DNA of 64,000 nucleotides, from NCBI GenBank assembly GCA_963718615.1, contig OY970368.1, positions 2,304,001 to 2,368,000 of the forward strand, read 5' to 3'. The number at the start of each line of letters is the position of its first letter. Position 1 is the stretch's first letter. Below, one piece after another: positions 8,155 through 16,522 of this stretch. This DNA is from an uncultured cyanobacterium. GTDB taxonomy: Bacteria > Cyanobacteriota > Cyanobacteriia > PCC-9006 > JAAUQQ01. The translations under genes were made by a program, and so were the position numbers. A model generated the notes under the pieces. That model was not told the origin of the DNA and did not search any database. It saw only the letters and a list, made by a program, of their open reading frames with translations.

Positions 8155-8916
8155 CTAGCGTAGCCGGGGCTGGAGTCGAAGGGCACACAATCCCAGGAGC
8201 AACACCGAAAACAACAGGCCAGCGGTGGTGATGAGGGGAATGGCCAGGTGTTTAAGGGCGATCGCCACAAAGGCCCAGACCAACACCAGTGCATAGGTGA
8301 TATCGCTATATTTCACCAGGAGACGGGTGCCGATCAGCGTGGCGATCGCCATCATCCCAGCGGTCCAAATTTCCGGCGCAATGCCCCAGTTTCCCCAGCC
8401 ACTCACCGAGAGCGCACTGGCCACATTGACAATGGTGGCGACGCTAATCCAGCCTAAATAAAGACTAAGGGGCCGATAGAGCAGCCAGCGATCGCGGGTC
8501 GTCAGGTGCTGAAGTTGACGAGGCCGATGGATGCGCAGATAAAACGCCACCAGAAACAGCAAGATCTCAACCATAGCCAAGACCGAAAGCCCAAACTGGC
8601 GGGTGAGAAAAAGATAAATCCACAAACACTGAGCCAAGCTCGCCAAAACCAAGAAATAGGTATGGGGATGGAACTTGGGATTTTGGTGTTGTGCTGGGGG
8701 CAACTGGTAGCAGCCCAGGGCAATCAGACCCAGGTAGATCAACCCCCAAATGGCAAAGGCATAGCCTGCTGGAATCATCAGCACAGGCGCAAACAGCGTA
8801 TTCGAGAGGTCTGCAACGGTTTCGCCGTTGGGAGGATAGCGATTACTGAGTCCGTTAAACAGAATGGCTCCCAAAATAGCAGCCAACGTGGCGATCGGTC
8901 TGAGCCAGGCGCGCAT
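8155..8916 (-). CDS. TspO/MBR-related tryptophan-rich membrane protein
   Basis: PAGYAFAIWGLIY and LYLGWISVATIVN motifs, multiple TM helices. Confidence 0.8.
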   Translation of the reverse strand: MRAWLRPIATLAAILGAILFNGLSNRYPPNGETVADLSNTLFAPVLMIPAGYAFAIWGLIYLGLIALGCYQLPPAQHQNPKFHPHTYFLVLASLAQCLWIYLFLTRQFGLSVLAMVEILLFLVAFYLRIHRPRQLQHLTTRDRWLLYRPLSLYLGWISVATIVNVASALSVSGWGNWGIAPEIWTAGMMAIATLIGTRLLVKYSDITYALVLVWAFVAIALKHLAIPLITTAGLLFSVLLLGLCALRLQPRLR

Positions 8917-8940
8917 AGAGTCCCTTGCTTGTGCTTGCGG

Positions 8941-9396
8941 TTATGACTTGGGTTTGAAGAGGCCGCCCAGACGTTGACCCACTTGTCCCAGGGCATTTCC
9001 CAGGACATTGCCTAAGGCATTACTCCCCAGACCCGTCGGACGTTGGGCGACTTGAATCTCTTCATCCTTAAATTCTTTCAGACGATAGCCATATTCCAGA
9101 CTGTCTTGGTGTTTTTTCATCATAGGAACCATGCGAAAAGCCGTTTCGAGCAGGGGCTTTTCGTTGGCATAGATGGCGCGGCTAACCAAATTGGACCGAG
9201 GCACTGTGATGGCTCCCACGGGTACCCAGTTGGGTTTTCCTTTGATTCGCAGATAAATCTCAAACTCCGGCATGCCTTGGGACTTCATTTTGTCCATGCG
9301 CTTGGCAGCAGCGGCTCGTTCTTGGGCGCGCTGGGAGACCTTGGACTGAGATTTAGACCGAGATTTGGGAGGGCCAAAACCGCGTGGATTGCTCAT
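8941..9396 (-). CDS. HHL1-like protein
   Basis: Basic GFG N-terminus, W.PVG, AIYANE and EYGYRLK motifs recalled from cyanobacterial/plastid HHL1-like proteins. Confidence 0.7.
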   Translation of the reverse strand: MSNPRGFGPPKSRSKSQSKVSQRAQERAAAAKRMDKMKSQGMPEFEIYLRIKGKPNWVPVGAITVPRSNLVSRAIYANEKPLLETAFRMVPMMKKHQDSLEYGYRLKEFKDEEIQVAQRPTGLGSNALGNVLGNALGQVGQRLGGLFKPKS

Positions 9397-9553
9397 GAGG
9401 ATTGTGGGTGTGATGTCAAGACGGGATAGGGTGCAAGTGAGGTTGTTAAGTTATGAGAAAAGAAAGTCATATAACTTTACATTGTACCGTATCCTCATCC
9501 TGGCAGCTCCTAAACAATCTCTAAACTCTCTCAACCCATTCCTAATCCAGTTC

Positions 9554-10582
9554 CTAAACGCTCCTCAGTCGATAGAAGTGCTGAGGGACTACCCCCAGAC
9601 GTTCACCGATGTACATATTGAGGTCTTGGGCAGTTTGCAGGATGAGGCCACCGGGGTCGACTGGGCTGGTGCAGTGGCGGGCGCGATGGCGTTGTTGGAT
9701 TAAGGGAATCACCCAATCTAGGGACTGGCTGGCGACGGTGCCAGCGCTCCAGGTGATCAAGCGATTGAACTGATGATTGCTGATCAGATCCACGGCTTTT
9801 TTGGCAAACAGGGCGGCGAGGAGGCGATCGCTCGCGGAGGGCGGATGGACCCGAAGCTGGGTGTCGAGGCAGATCTTACTCATGGTCACCTCTTCTAGGA
9901 TGCTGCACTCTGGATGGCCCGTGGCACAGAGGCGATCGCGGTAGTCAGACAATTGCCGCACCAGTTGGTTGCCAATGTGTTTCTCCCGCAGTCCTTGGCT
10001 GTTGCGCACGCCTTCCGCAATAACCACGATGGCCAGCCGACTCTGGGTGAGCCGGATTTGGGCGAGATGGTCATAAACCTGAGCGATGGTGTAGTCCTGG
10101 AGGAGAGGGGTGTTTTCGGGAATGAGGACGACATCTGCTTTGCCGGCGATGCCTCCGTGAATTGCCAGGTGACCCCCATCATCCCCCGCTACTTGAACGG
10201 TCAGAATTTCGTTGGGGTTCGCGGCGGGATATCGTAGGTTGCAAAGCTCCTGAGTAATGGCATTGATGGCGCTGTCAAAGCCGAGGGACTGGTCGGTAAA
10301 GGGCACCGTATTATCGATGGTGGCCGGGATGCCGTTCCAGCTCCAGTTGCCCATTTGGGCGAGGTCATAAATCCGGCTCAGGGTTCGACTGCCCCCGATG
10401 GCGATGACGCTATCTAGCTGCAGCTGGGCATAGGTGGCCAGGAGTTCGCCGGGATCGAGGCTGAGGCGGTGCAGTTGCCAAGGGCGTGGGGCAGCACATT
10501 GGGCGATCGCCTCAATTAGCGTTGCGATGCCGGGACAGTCTTGGCCGTCAGTGACGATACCAATCCGTTGATAGGTGTTCAT
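9554..10582 (-). CDS. Divergent 6-phosphofructokinase (PfkA)-like protein, probably catalytically impaired
   Basis: GQDCPG, IGG, TIDN, GFDSA, LIPE, IAEG and PSASDRLLA follow PfkA order, but key motifs are substituted. Confidence 0.8.
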   Translation of the reverse strand: MNTYQRIGIVTDGQDCPGIATLIEAIAQCAAPRPWQLHRLSLDPGELLATYAQLQLDSVIAIGGSRTLSRIYDLAQMGNWSWNGIPATIDNTVPFTDQSLGFDSAINAITQELCNLRYPAANPNEILTVQVAGDDGGHLAIHGGIAGKADVVLIPENTPLLQDYTIAQVYDHLAQIRLTQSRLAIVVIAEGVRNSQGLREKHIGNQLVRQLSDYRDRLCATGHPECSILEEVTMSKICLDTQLRVHPPSASDRLLAALFAKKAVDLISNHQFNRLITWSAGTVASQSLDWVIPLIQQRHRARHCTSPVDPGGLILQTAQDLNMYIGERLGVVPQHFYRLRSV

Positions 10583-10835
10583 GGTTAAGACCACGTCGGT
10601 TGCGTGGGAATGTGCTGCTGGGCGCTTAGAGATCGCCCCAAGTGTCAACTTAGGGAAAAAGTTTGAGGAAGTTGTGAGGATCTAAAGATTTGCTAAAGAT
10701 TTTGTGGGCAGTTTGTAAGATGTGCATCGACCTACAAAACTGAACGCAAAACCGGACGATAAACTGTCACTGGTTCGCCCTAGGACCGCTGAACCCCTTG
10801 CATGCTGAAGAAGAGTACGCTTTGGAGCATGTTCT

Positions 10836-11756
10836 ATGGGCCATCTAACCCCTCAAGCCAACGATTCTATGTCCAGACACCAAGTGGGACAGGTGCAGGG
10901 GGTGGGCCAGTATCAACTCTACTATCAGTCTTGGCATCCCCAGAAAGAAGAGACCCAGGGGGAAGAGACGCCGGTCGCGACCTTGGTATTGGTCCATGGC
11001 CTAGGGAGTCACAGTAGTTTATTTATGCGATTGGTCGATTACTTGCTCGCGCAACGGTACTGTGTCTACAGCTTTGATTTACCGGGCCATGGGCGATCGT
11101 CGGGGCAGCGGGGCTTTATTCAGTCCTGGAGTGATTTTCGCGATAGCCTGCATCAATTGATGGAGCAGGTGGCGGTGAGGGAGGCTGGTCGGCCTTGCTT
11201 TTTGCTGGGACATAGTTTGGGTGGGGCGATCGCCCTGGACTATGCGCTGCGTTTTCCAGAAGAAATTCAGGGGTTGATTCTTTCGGCTCCGGCCTTGGGC
11301 ACCCAGGGAATTTCGTCGCTCAAGCTCTGGATGGGGCGGTTGCTTTCTCGCCTTTGGCCCCGGTTTAGTCTCAATACTGGTCTCAGGCGCTACTCTCCTT
11401 CCCGCGACCCCCAGGTGAACCAGGCCTATGCCACGGATCCGCTACGCCACAGCCGGGGCACGGCTCGCCTCTCGACGGAGTTTGCGCGGACGCTGGATTG
11501 GATTCATCAGCATCTTAATCATTTGGCACAACCGATTTTGATCTTGCAGGGGGGAGCTGATCCGGTGGCTCGTCTACAAAATAGTCAGACTTTCTTTGAG
11601 CGATTGTCCCAGGATGACAAAACCTGGCGGGCCTATCCTGAGGCGTATCACGAGTTGTTTAATGATTTGGATACCGAGCAGGTTTTAGCGGATGTTTTGG
11701 TCTGGCTGGCGCAACATCAAACCCCTTGTCGCTCTCGCTCTTGTCGTGTTTCGTAA
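10836..11756 (+). CDS. Alpha/beta hydrolase (lysophospholipase/monoacylglycerol lipase family)
   Basis: VHGLGSH, DLPGHGRS.G.RG, GHSLGG and YHEL motifs. Confidence 0.92.
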   Translation: MGHLTPQANDSMSRHQVGQVQGVGQYQLYYQSWHPQKEETQGEETPVATLVLVHGLGSHSSLFMRLVDYLLAQRYCVYSFDLPGHGRSSGQRGFIQSWSDFRDSLHQLMEQVAVREAGRPCFLLGHSLGGAIALDYALRFPEEIQGLILSAPALGTQGISSLKLWMGRLLSRLWPRFSLNTGLRRYSPSRDPQVNQAYATDPLRHSRGTARLSTEFARTLDWIHQHLNHLAQPILILQGGADPVARLQNSQTFFERLSQDDKTWRAYPEAYHELFNDLDTEQVLADVLVWLAQHQTPCRSRSCRVS

Positions 11757-12110
11757 CTGTTTGTTGGGTTTCGTGGCGATCGCTCAGATTTCAGATGATG
11801 GTTTCTTAGAAACGAAGCTATGCTGAGGTCAAAGGGATTGATCCCCGATTGATTAATCCCCGATTTAAAGGCTTTTAACTGGGAATTTGAGCAAGTGTTC
11901 TCTTGGCTTTTTGATTGACCATTTAAGCCCAGTAGAATTGTGTTTATGGAGCGATGGAGGTTCATCTCCTCGGTGTGACCCATGCTAAAGTCGTTTTGCA
12001 GTCCAACTTCGGAGCTGAAGGAGAACTGTCTTGGGCATGCTTTGCCTCGCTTATTGGATAGAGCCTGTGAGCAATATCCCAATGAAAAAGCCTTTTAGGG
12101 CTGGGGAGTG

Positions 12111-12872
12111 TCAATGTATGGTTTTTCCCCCATCCACCGTCACCGCAGTGCCGTGCATAAAACTGGCCTCATCGCTGGCCAAAAACAGCGCCACCTGGGC
12201 AATTTCCTCCGGGGTCCCTAATCGTCCAGCAGGAATCTGACGAATTACGGCTGCCTGTTCTGCAACCGGGTCAGCAGCGGAATTAAACTCCCCCTCTAGC
12301 AACGGCGTCATCACAGGACCGGGGCAAATCGCATTGATGCGAATGCCCTGCTGAACCCACTCCAGTGATAGCGCCCGCGTTAGCGACAGAACCGCGCCCT
12401 TGGAAGCACAGTAAGCCGCGTATTCCGCCTGAGCCACGAGCCCCAATTCCGATGCAGTGTTAATAATGACACCGCTGCCCTGACGCACCATAATCGGAAT
12501 AGCATGCTTGCAGCCCAGGAAAATCCCTTTGACATTGACATTCATGATCTGGTCCCACTGAGCTTCGGTCATTTCCGTGGTGGGAATCAGTCGGGCAATG
12601 CCTGCGTTGTTGAACAGAACGTCAATACGGCCAAAACGGCTGACTGTTGTTGTAATAGCTTCTTGGATTTGGACCTCTTGCGTCACATCTAAGGGGAGCG
12701 CCAAGGCAACGCCCCCAGCTTGGAGGATTTGTTGTTGGGTGGCGATCGCCTCCTGCCCATTAATATCCACCCCCACCACCTTCGCCCCTTCCTGGGCAAA
12801 CCGCAGCGCCGAGGCCCGACCAATGCCAGAGCCTGCGCCGGTGATTAAACAAACTTTGTCTTTGAGCCTCAT
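12111..12872 (-). CDS. SDR family oxidoreductase
   Basis: TGAGSGIG, NNAG, YCASK and VDGG motifs. Start placed at MRLKDK. Confidence 0.92.
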   Translation of the reverse strand: MRLKDKVCLITGAGSGIGRASALRFAQEGAKVVGVDINGQEAIATQQQILQAGGVALALPLDVTQEVQIQEAITTTVSRFGRIDVLFNNAGIARLIPTTEMTEAQWDQIMNVNVKGIFLGCKHAIPIMVRQGSGVIINTASELGLVAQAEYAAYCASKGAVLSLTRALSLEWVQQGIRINAICPGPVMTPLLEGEFNSAADPVAEQAAVIRQIPAGRLGTPEEIAQVALFLASDEASFMHGTAVTVDGGKTIH

Positions 12873-12986
12873 GAGGAGTAAGTAGTAGGGTGATGGGGTG
12901 ATGGGGTAAGGAAATCCTAAGCAAATGGGTTTTGCCTGGGCAAACTCGCTAGTCTTAAGAGTATTCCCCTTTTTTCGAGGTCGCTG

Positions 12987-14273
12987 ATGTCCTCCATTCT
13001 GTCCGATGCCAATCGTCGCCTTGATGATGCACTTAAGCATGTGGCCCTTTCAGAGGATGCGATTTTACGGTTGCGATCGCCCAAGGCCAGTCTCAGTGTG
13101 GCGATTCCCCTGCGGCGGGATGATGGTTCGTTGGAAATTTTTCAGGGCTATCGGGTGCGTTATGACGACACGCGGGGGCCAACCAAGGGAGGCGTGCGGT
13201 TTCATCCCAATGTATCGATTGATGAAGTGCAGTCCCTCGCCTTTTGGATGACATTTAAATGTGCGCTGCTAGATTTGCCCTATGGCGGTGCGAAGGGTGG
13301 CATTACGGTTAATCCTAAAACCCTGTCGCGGTTGGAGCTGGAGCGGTTGAGTCGGGGATATGTGGATGCGATCGCGGATTTCATCGGCCCCAATCGGGAC
13401 ATTCTTGCACCGGATGTCTATACCAACGCCATGATTATGAGTTGGATGATGGATCAATACAGCATTATTCAACGGCAGTTTTCCCCTGCGGTAGTAACGG
13501 GAAAACCCATCGCTGTGGGGGGGAGCCAAGGGCGAGATACGGCGACGGCCATGGGCGCGTTTTTTACGATTCAAACGCTGTTGCCGAAGTTTGATCGGGT
13601 GCCGAGCAAAACGCGGGTAGCAATCCAGGGGTTTGGCAATGCGGGCGGAACTTTAGCGGAGTTGCTGTTTCAATCCGGTTACCAAGTCGTTGCAGTGAGC
13701 GATTCTAGGGGCGGCATCTATGCAGAGAGGGGACTGGATATTCCCAGTGTTCGTGCCCACAAAGCAGTGACTCGAACTATGCAGGCGGTTTACTGCCAAG
13801 ATAGCGTTTGTAGCCTCATGGATGGGCATCGCAATGTGACGAATGAGGAGCTGTTGGAGCTCGATGTTGATATTCTCATTCCGGCGGCCCTAGAGAATCA
13901 AATTACGGCAGAAAATGCCACGCGAGTTAAGGCTCCGTTGATTTTTGAAGTGGCCAATGGTCCGATTACGGCTTCAGCCGATCCGATTTTGCAGGACAAG
14001 GGATGCTATGTATTCCCCGATATTTTGGTGAATGCGGGGGGCGTGACAGTGAGCTATTTTGAATGGGTGCAAAACCGCAGTGGTTTGTATTGGAGTGCAG
14101 AAGAGGTGGCGGAACAACTCAAGCGGCGAATGGTGCGGGAAACGGAGGCAGTGTGGGCGATCGCCCAGGAGCGCGGCCTCACCCCTCGAACAGCGGCCTA
14201 TGTCCATGCGCTAGAGCGATTGGGGGAAACCATTGAGGCGAAGGGAACACGGAATTATTATCAAGCGAGGTAG
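12987..14273 (+). CDS. gdhA: Glutamate dehydrogenase (Glu/Leu/Phe/Val dehydrogenase)
   Basis: GPTKGGVRF, GGAKGG, APDV, VTGKP, QGFGNAG and NAGGVTVSYFEW motifs. Confidence 0.93.
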   Translation: MSSILSDANRRLDDALKHVALSEDAILRLRSPKASLSVAIPLRRDDGSLEIFQGYRVRYDDTRGPTKGGVRFHPNVSIDEVQSLAFWMTFKCALLDLPYGGAKGGITVNPKTLSRLELERLSRGYVDAIADFIGPNRDILAPDVYTNAMIMSWMMDQYSIIQRQFSPAVVTGKPIAVGGSQGRDTATAMGAFFTIQTLLPKFDRVPSKTRVAIQGFGNAGGTLAELLFQSGYQVVAVSDSRGGIYAERGLDIPSVRAHKAVTRTMQAVYCQDSVCSLMDGHRNVTNEELLELDVDILIPAALENQITAENATRVKAPLIFEVANGPITASADPILQDKGCYVFPDILVNAGGVTVSYFEWVQNRSGLYWSAEEVAEQLKRRMVRETEAVWAIAQERGLTPRTAAYVHALERLGETIEAKGTRNYYQAR

Positions 14274-14332
14274 GGAAAAGCTAAATAAATTAGACTGTAC
14301 TCCTATTTGGCCCGTACCCCGATTTGGAATTC

Positions 14333-15226
14333 ATGACTATGCAGTCTAGCTCTACTTTGCGTCGCCTTGCCGTAGTGCAAATGGCTATGGGCGATCGCCT
14401 CGAAGATAATGTTGTTTACGCAATTGAGCGGCTGCAGGAAGCGGCCAGCGGTGGAGCTCACATTGTTTTATTACCAGAATTATTTGAGGGACTCTACTTT
14501 CCCCAACAGGAGCGAGAAGAATCTTTTGCCTTGGCCTATTCGGTGGCGAATCATCCATTTTTGTCGAAATTTCAGGCGATCGCCGCTGAACTCAATTTAG
14601 TCATCCCCCTAAGTTTTTTTGAAAAGGCCGGTCAAGCTCACTATAACAGTCTGGCTACGATTAATACCGATGGCCAAATTTTAGGGATTTATCGCAAATC
14701 CCATATCCCTGACGGCCCCGGTTATGAAGAAAAATATTATTTCAATCCCGGCGATACCGGGTTTCAGGCTTTTCGCACGCCCCATGGCGCGATCGGTACG
14801 GGCATCTGCTGGGATCAGTGGTACCCGGAAGCTGCCCGCTGTATGGCGTTGCTCGGCGCAGATCTTCTGCTCTATCCCACAGCCATTGGCTCCGAACCCC
14901 CGGAAGCGGGCGGGATCGACACCCAGGCCCTGTGGCAGCGGGCGATGGTGGGCCATGCGGTCAGCAATGCTTGCTATGTTGCGGCTGCCAACCGCATCGG
15001 TCAGGAAGGGAATGCAACGTTTTATGGCAGTTCGTTTATTTGTGACTACCAGGGCGAGATCCTCGCCGCTGCCAATCGCACCGATGCCACGATTTTGTAT
15101 GCCGATTTAGATTTTTCTCAAGCTCAGCAGTTTCGGGCCGGGATGGGTTTTTTCCGCGATCGCCGCCCCGACCTTTACAAACCGCTGCTTACCTGGGATG
15201 GCAAAACGCCCTTGGGCTCTAGCTGA
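14333..15226 (+). CDS. aguB: N-carbamoylputrescine amidase (nitrilase superfamily)
   Basis: LPELF, YRKSHIPDGPGYEEKYYF, ICWDQWYPE, PTAIGSEP and FFRDRRP motifs. Confidence 0.9.
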   Translation: MTMQSSSTLRRLAVVQMAMGDRLEDNVVYAIERLQEAASGGAHIVLLPELFEGLYFPQQEREESFALAYSVANHPFLSKFQAIAAELNLVIPLSFFEKAGQAHYNSLATINTDGQILGIYRKSHIPDGPGYEEKYYFNPGDTGFQAFRTPHGAIGTGICWDQWYPEAARCMALLGADLLLYPTAIGSEPPEAGGIDTQALWQRAMVGHAVSNACYVAAANRIGQEGNATFYGSSFICDYQGEILAAANRTDATILYADLDFSQAQQFRAGMGFFRDRRPDLYKPLLTWDGKTPLGSS

Positions 15227-15255
15227 AATCCTTAGAATTCTAGAAGCCCAGAACC

Positions 15256-15619
15256 CTAGAACATATGGGCGAGGGATCGTGCCAACATCGGTCGCGCCTC
15301 AAACCCACTCGGCAACGGCAGATCACATTGTAAACAGTTGGGAGACTTGGCTCGCTCCGCAAAGCCTTGCCACTTATAGCGAACCATTGCTTTTAGCTTT
15401 GACTCTAGGCGATCGCAGTCTTCGGAGGGCATCCAAAGTAATTCTGCATCGTCTAGACTTTTCGCGATTTTGAACGGCCAGGGATCGCTCTCCAAACTCC
15501 GCTTTAAATTGACGGATTTGCCTAAATAAAGCCATTGCCGCCGCCACAAAAAGGCATAAACCCCAGAAGGTTTCGGGGAGATGATTGGGATCAAGTTTTT
15601 GCCAGTTGGATTGGGCCAT
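15256..15619 (-). pseudogene. GIY-YIG nuclease family gene split by a 1-nt frameshift near 15568
   Basis: The ATG at 15619 gives MAQSNWQKLDPNHLPET. Removing one T continues into SGVYAFLWRRQWLYLGKSVNLKRSL...LESKL, the GIY-YIG motif. Confidence 0.7.
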
Positions 15620-16522
15620 GATGTAAGGATCCTCCAGAGATTGCCTTGCAGAAGTCGTTATTAATTTGTCGCCAAGTTCGTCGCCATACGCGTACATCTA
15701 AGCTTTGAGGGCAAAGCTTGTTACCAGCGTTATGCACCAGACTGCGCGCAATTTTGCTTGCGCACAAGAAACTTCGCACCCATGGTGCTGCACCCTCAGA
15801 TGGATTCGGGATTTAGGATTGCTTATCCACGCGAGCAGTCTCTGGATCCAAACCGGACACGACCGTTATCGAACCACGATCTGTGAGACCACTCAAGGAA
15901 GCGAATAAAAAGTTTAGAAAAGACGCGCCGCTGTTGACGGAGCTTCATGATTCGAGACTCGCCCGGATATTACCCCATAATTGGAACAAAATGTCAAACA
16001 CCCAGAAAGAAATGTTCCAAATATCACTCTAGCTTCGAGTGCGATACATGCCACAGGTGACATGAGTCGAGGCCGGTCCTACTAGCCGTATTCTTCCTCC
16101 AGAAAGATTTTCCGGACGATTTTAAAGACAAATTCTGCCTTCAAAAAATACGGAAAACGTTTTGGTGAAAGTCAAGGAATCATCACACATGCTTGGCGTG
16201 ACCTCTTAACCATACGGGATCATTGCCCAGATTAACCAGGGGGGCGAAATACAGGATGGGAGGGGGGCCAACCTCGGGAGGTGGAGGGATCGGACCCCTT
16301 TGGGGGCAGGCCGGGTCTGGCAGTTGTGCGGATTTGCGAATAATCAAGAACAATCACAAACAAACGACAAGAATGGGGCTTGGAGGGTTTAGCCTGCTAG
16401 GGTGACGTTGTGATCGCAACTGCTTTTGTCTTTTGGCGATCTGTCGCGATTTTGTAGTGACGTTGTGGCGAAATCGTTCTCGCTATTGTTGTCGTCGTTT
16501 GTTGCAAGGTTTGTTCGTGGTT

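Noticed and set aside
11717-12110. 121-aa minus-strand ORF and a REP-like GTTGGGTTTCG fragment
   Set aside because: No recognisable motifs, the region contains micro-duplications, and the palindromic partner arm is absent.
12887-12911. GGGTGATG 8-nt repeats as a G-quadruplex or riboswitch upstream of gdhA
   Set aside because: Only three G3+ runs and no glutamine or guanidine riboswitch consensus recognised.
15980-15987. ATTGGAAC matching the 3' handle of the CRISPR repeat (possible mini-array or creA-like RNA)
   Set aside because: An 8-nt match is expected by chance in 64 kb; there is no repeat stem or second direct repeat.
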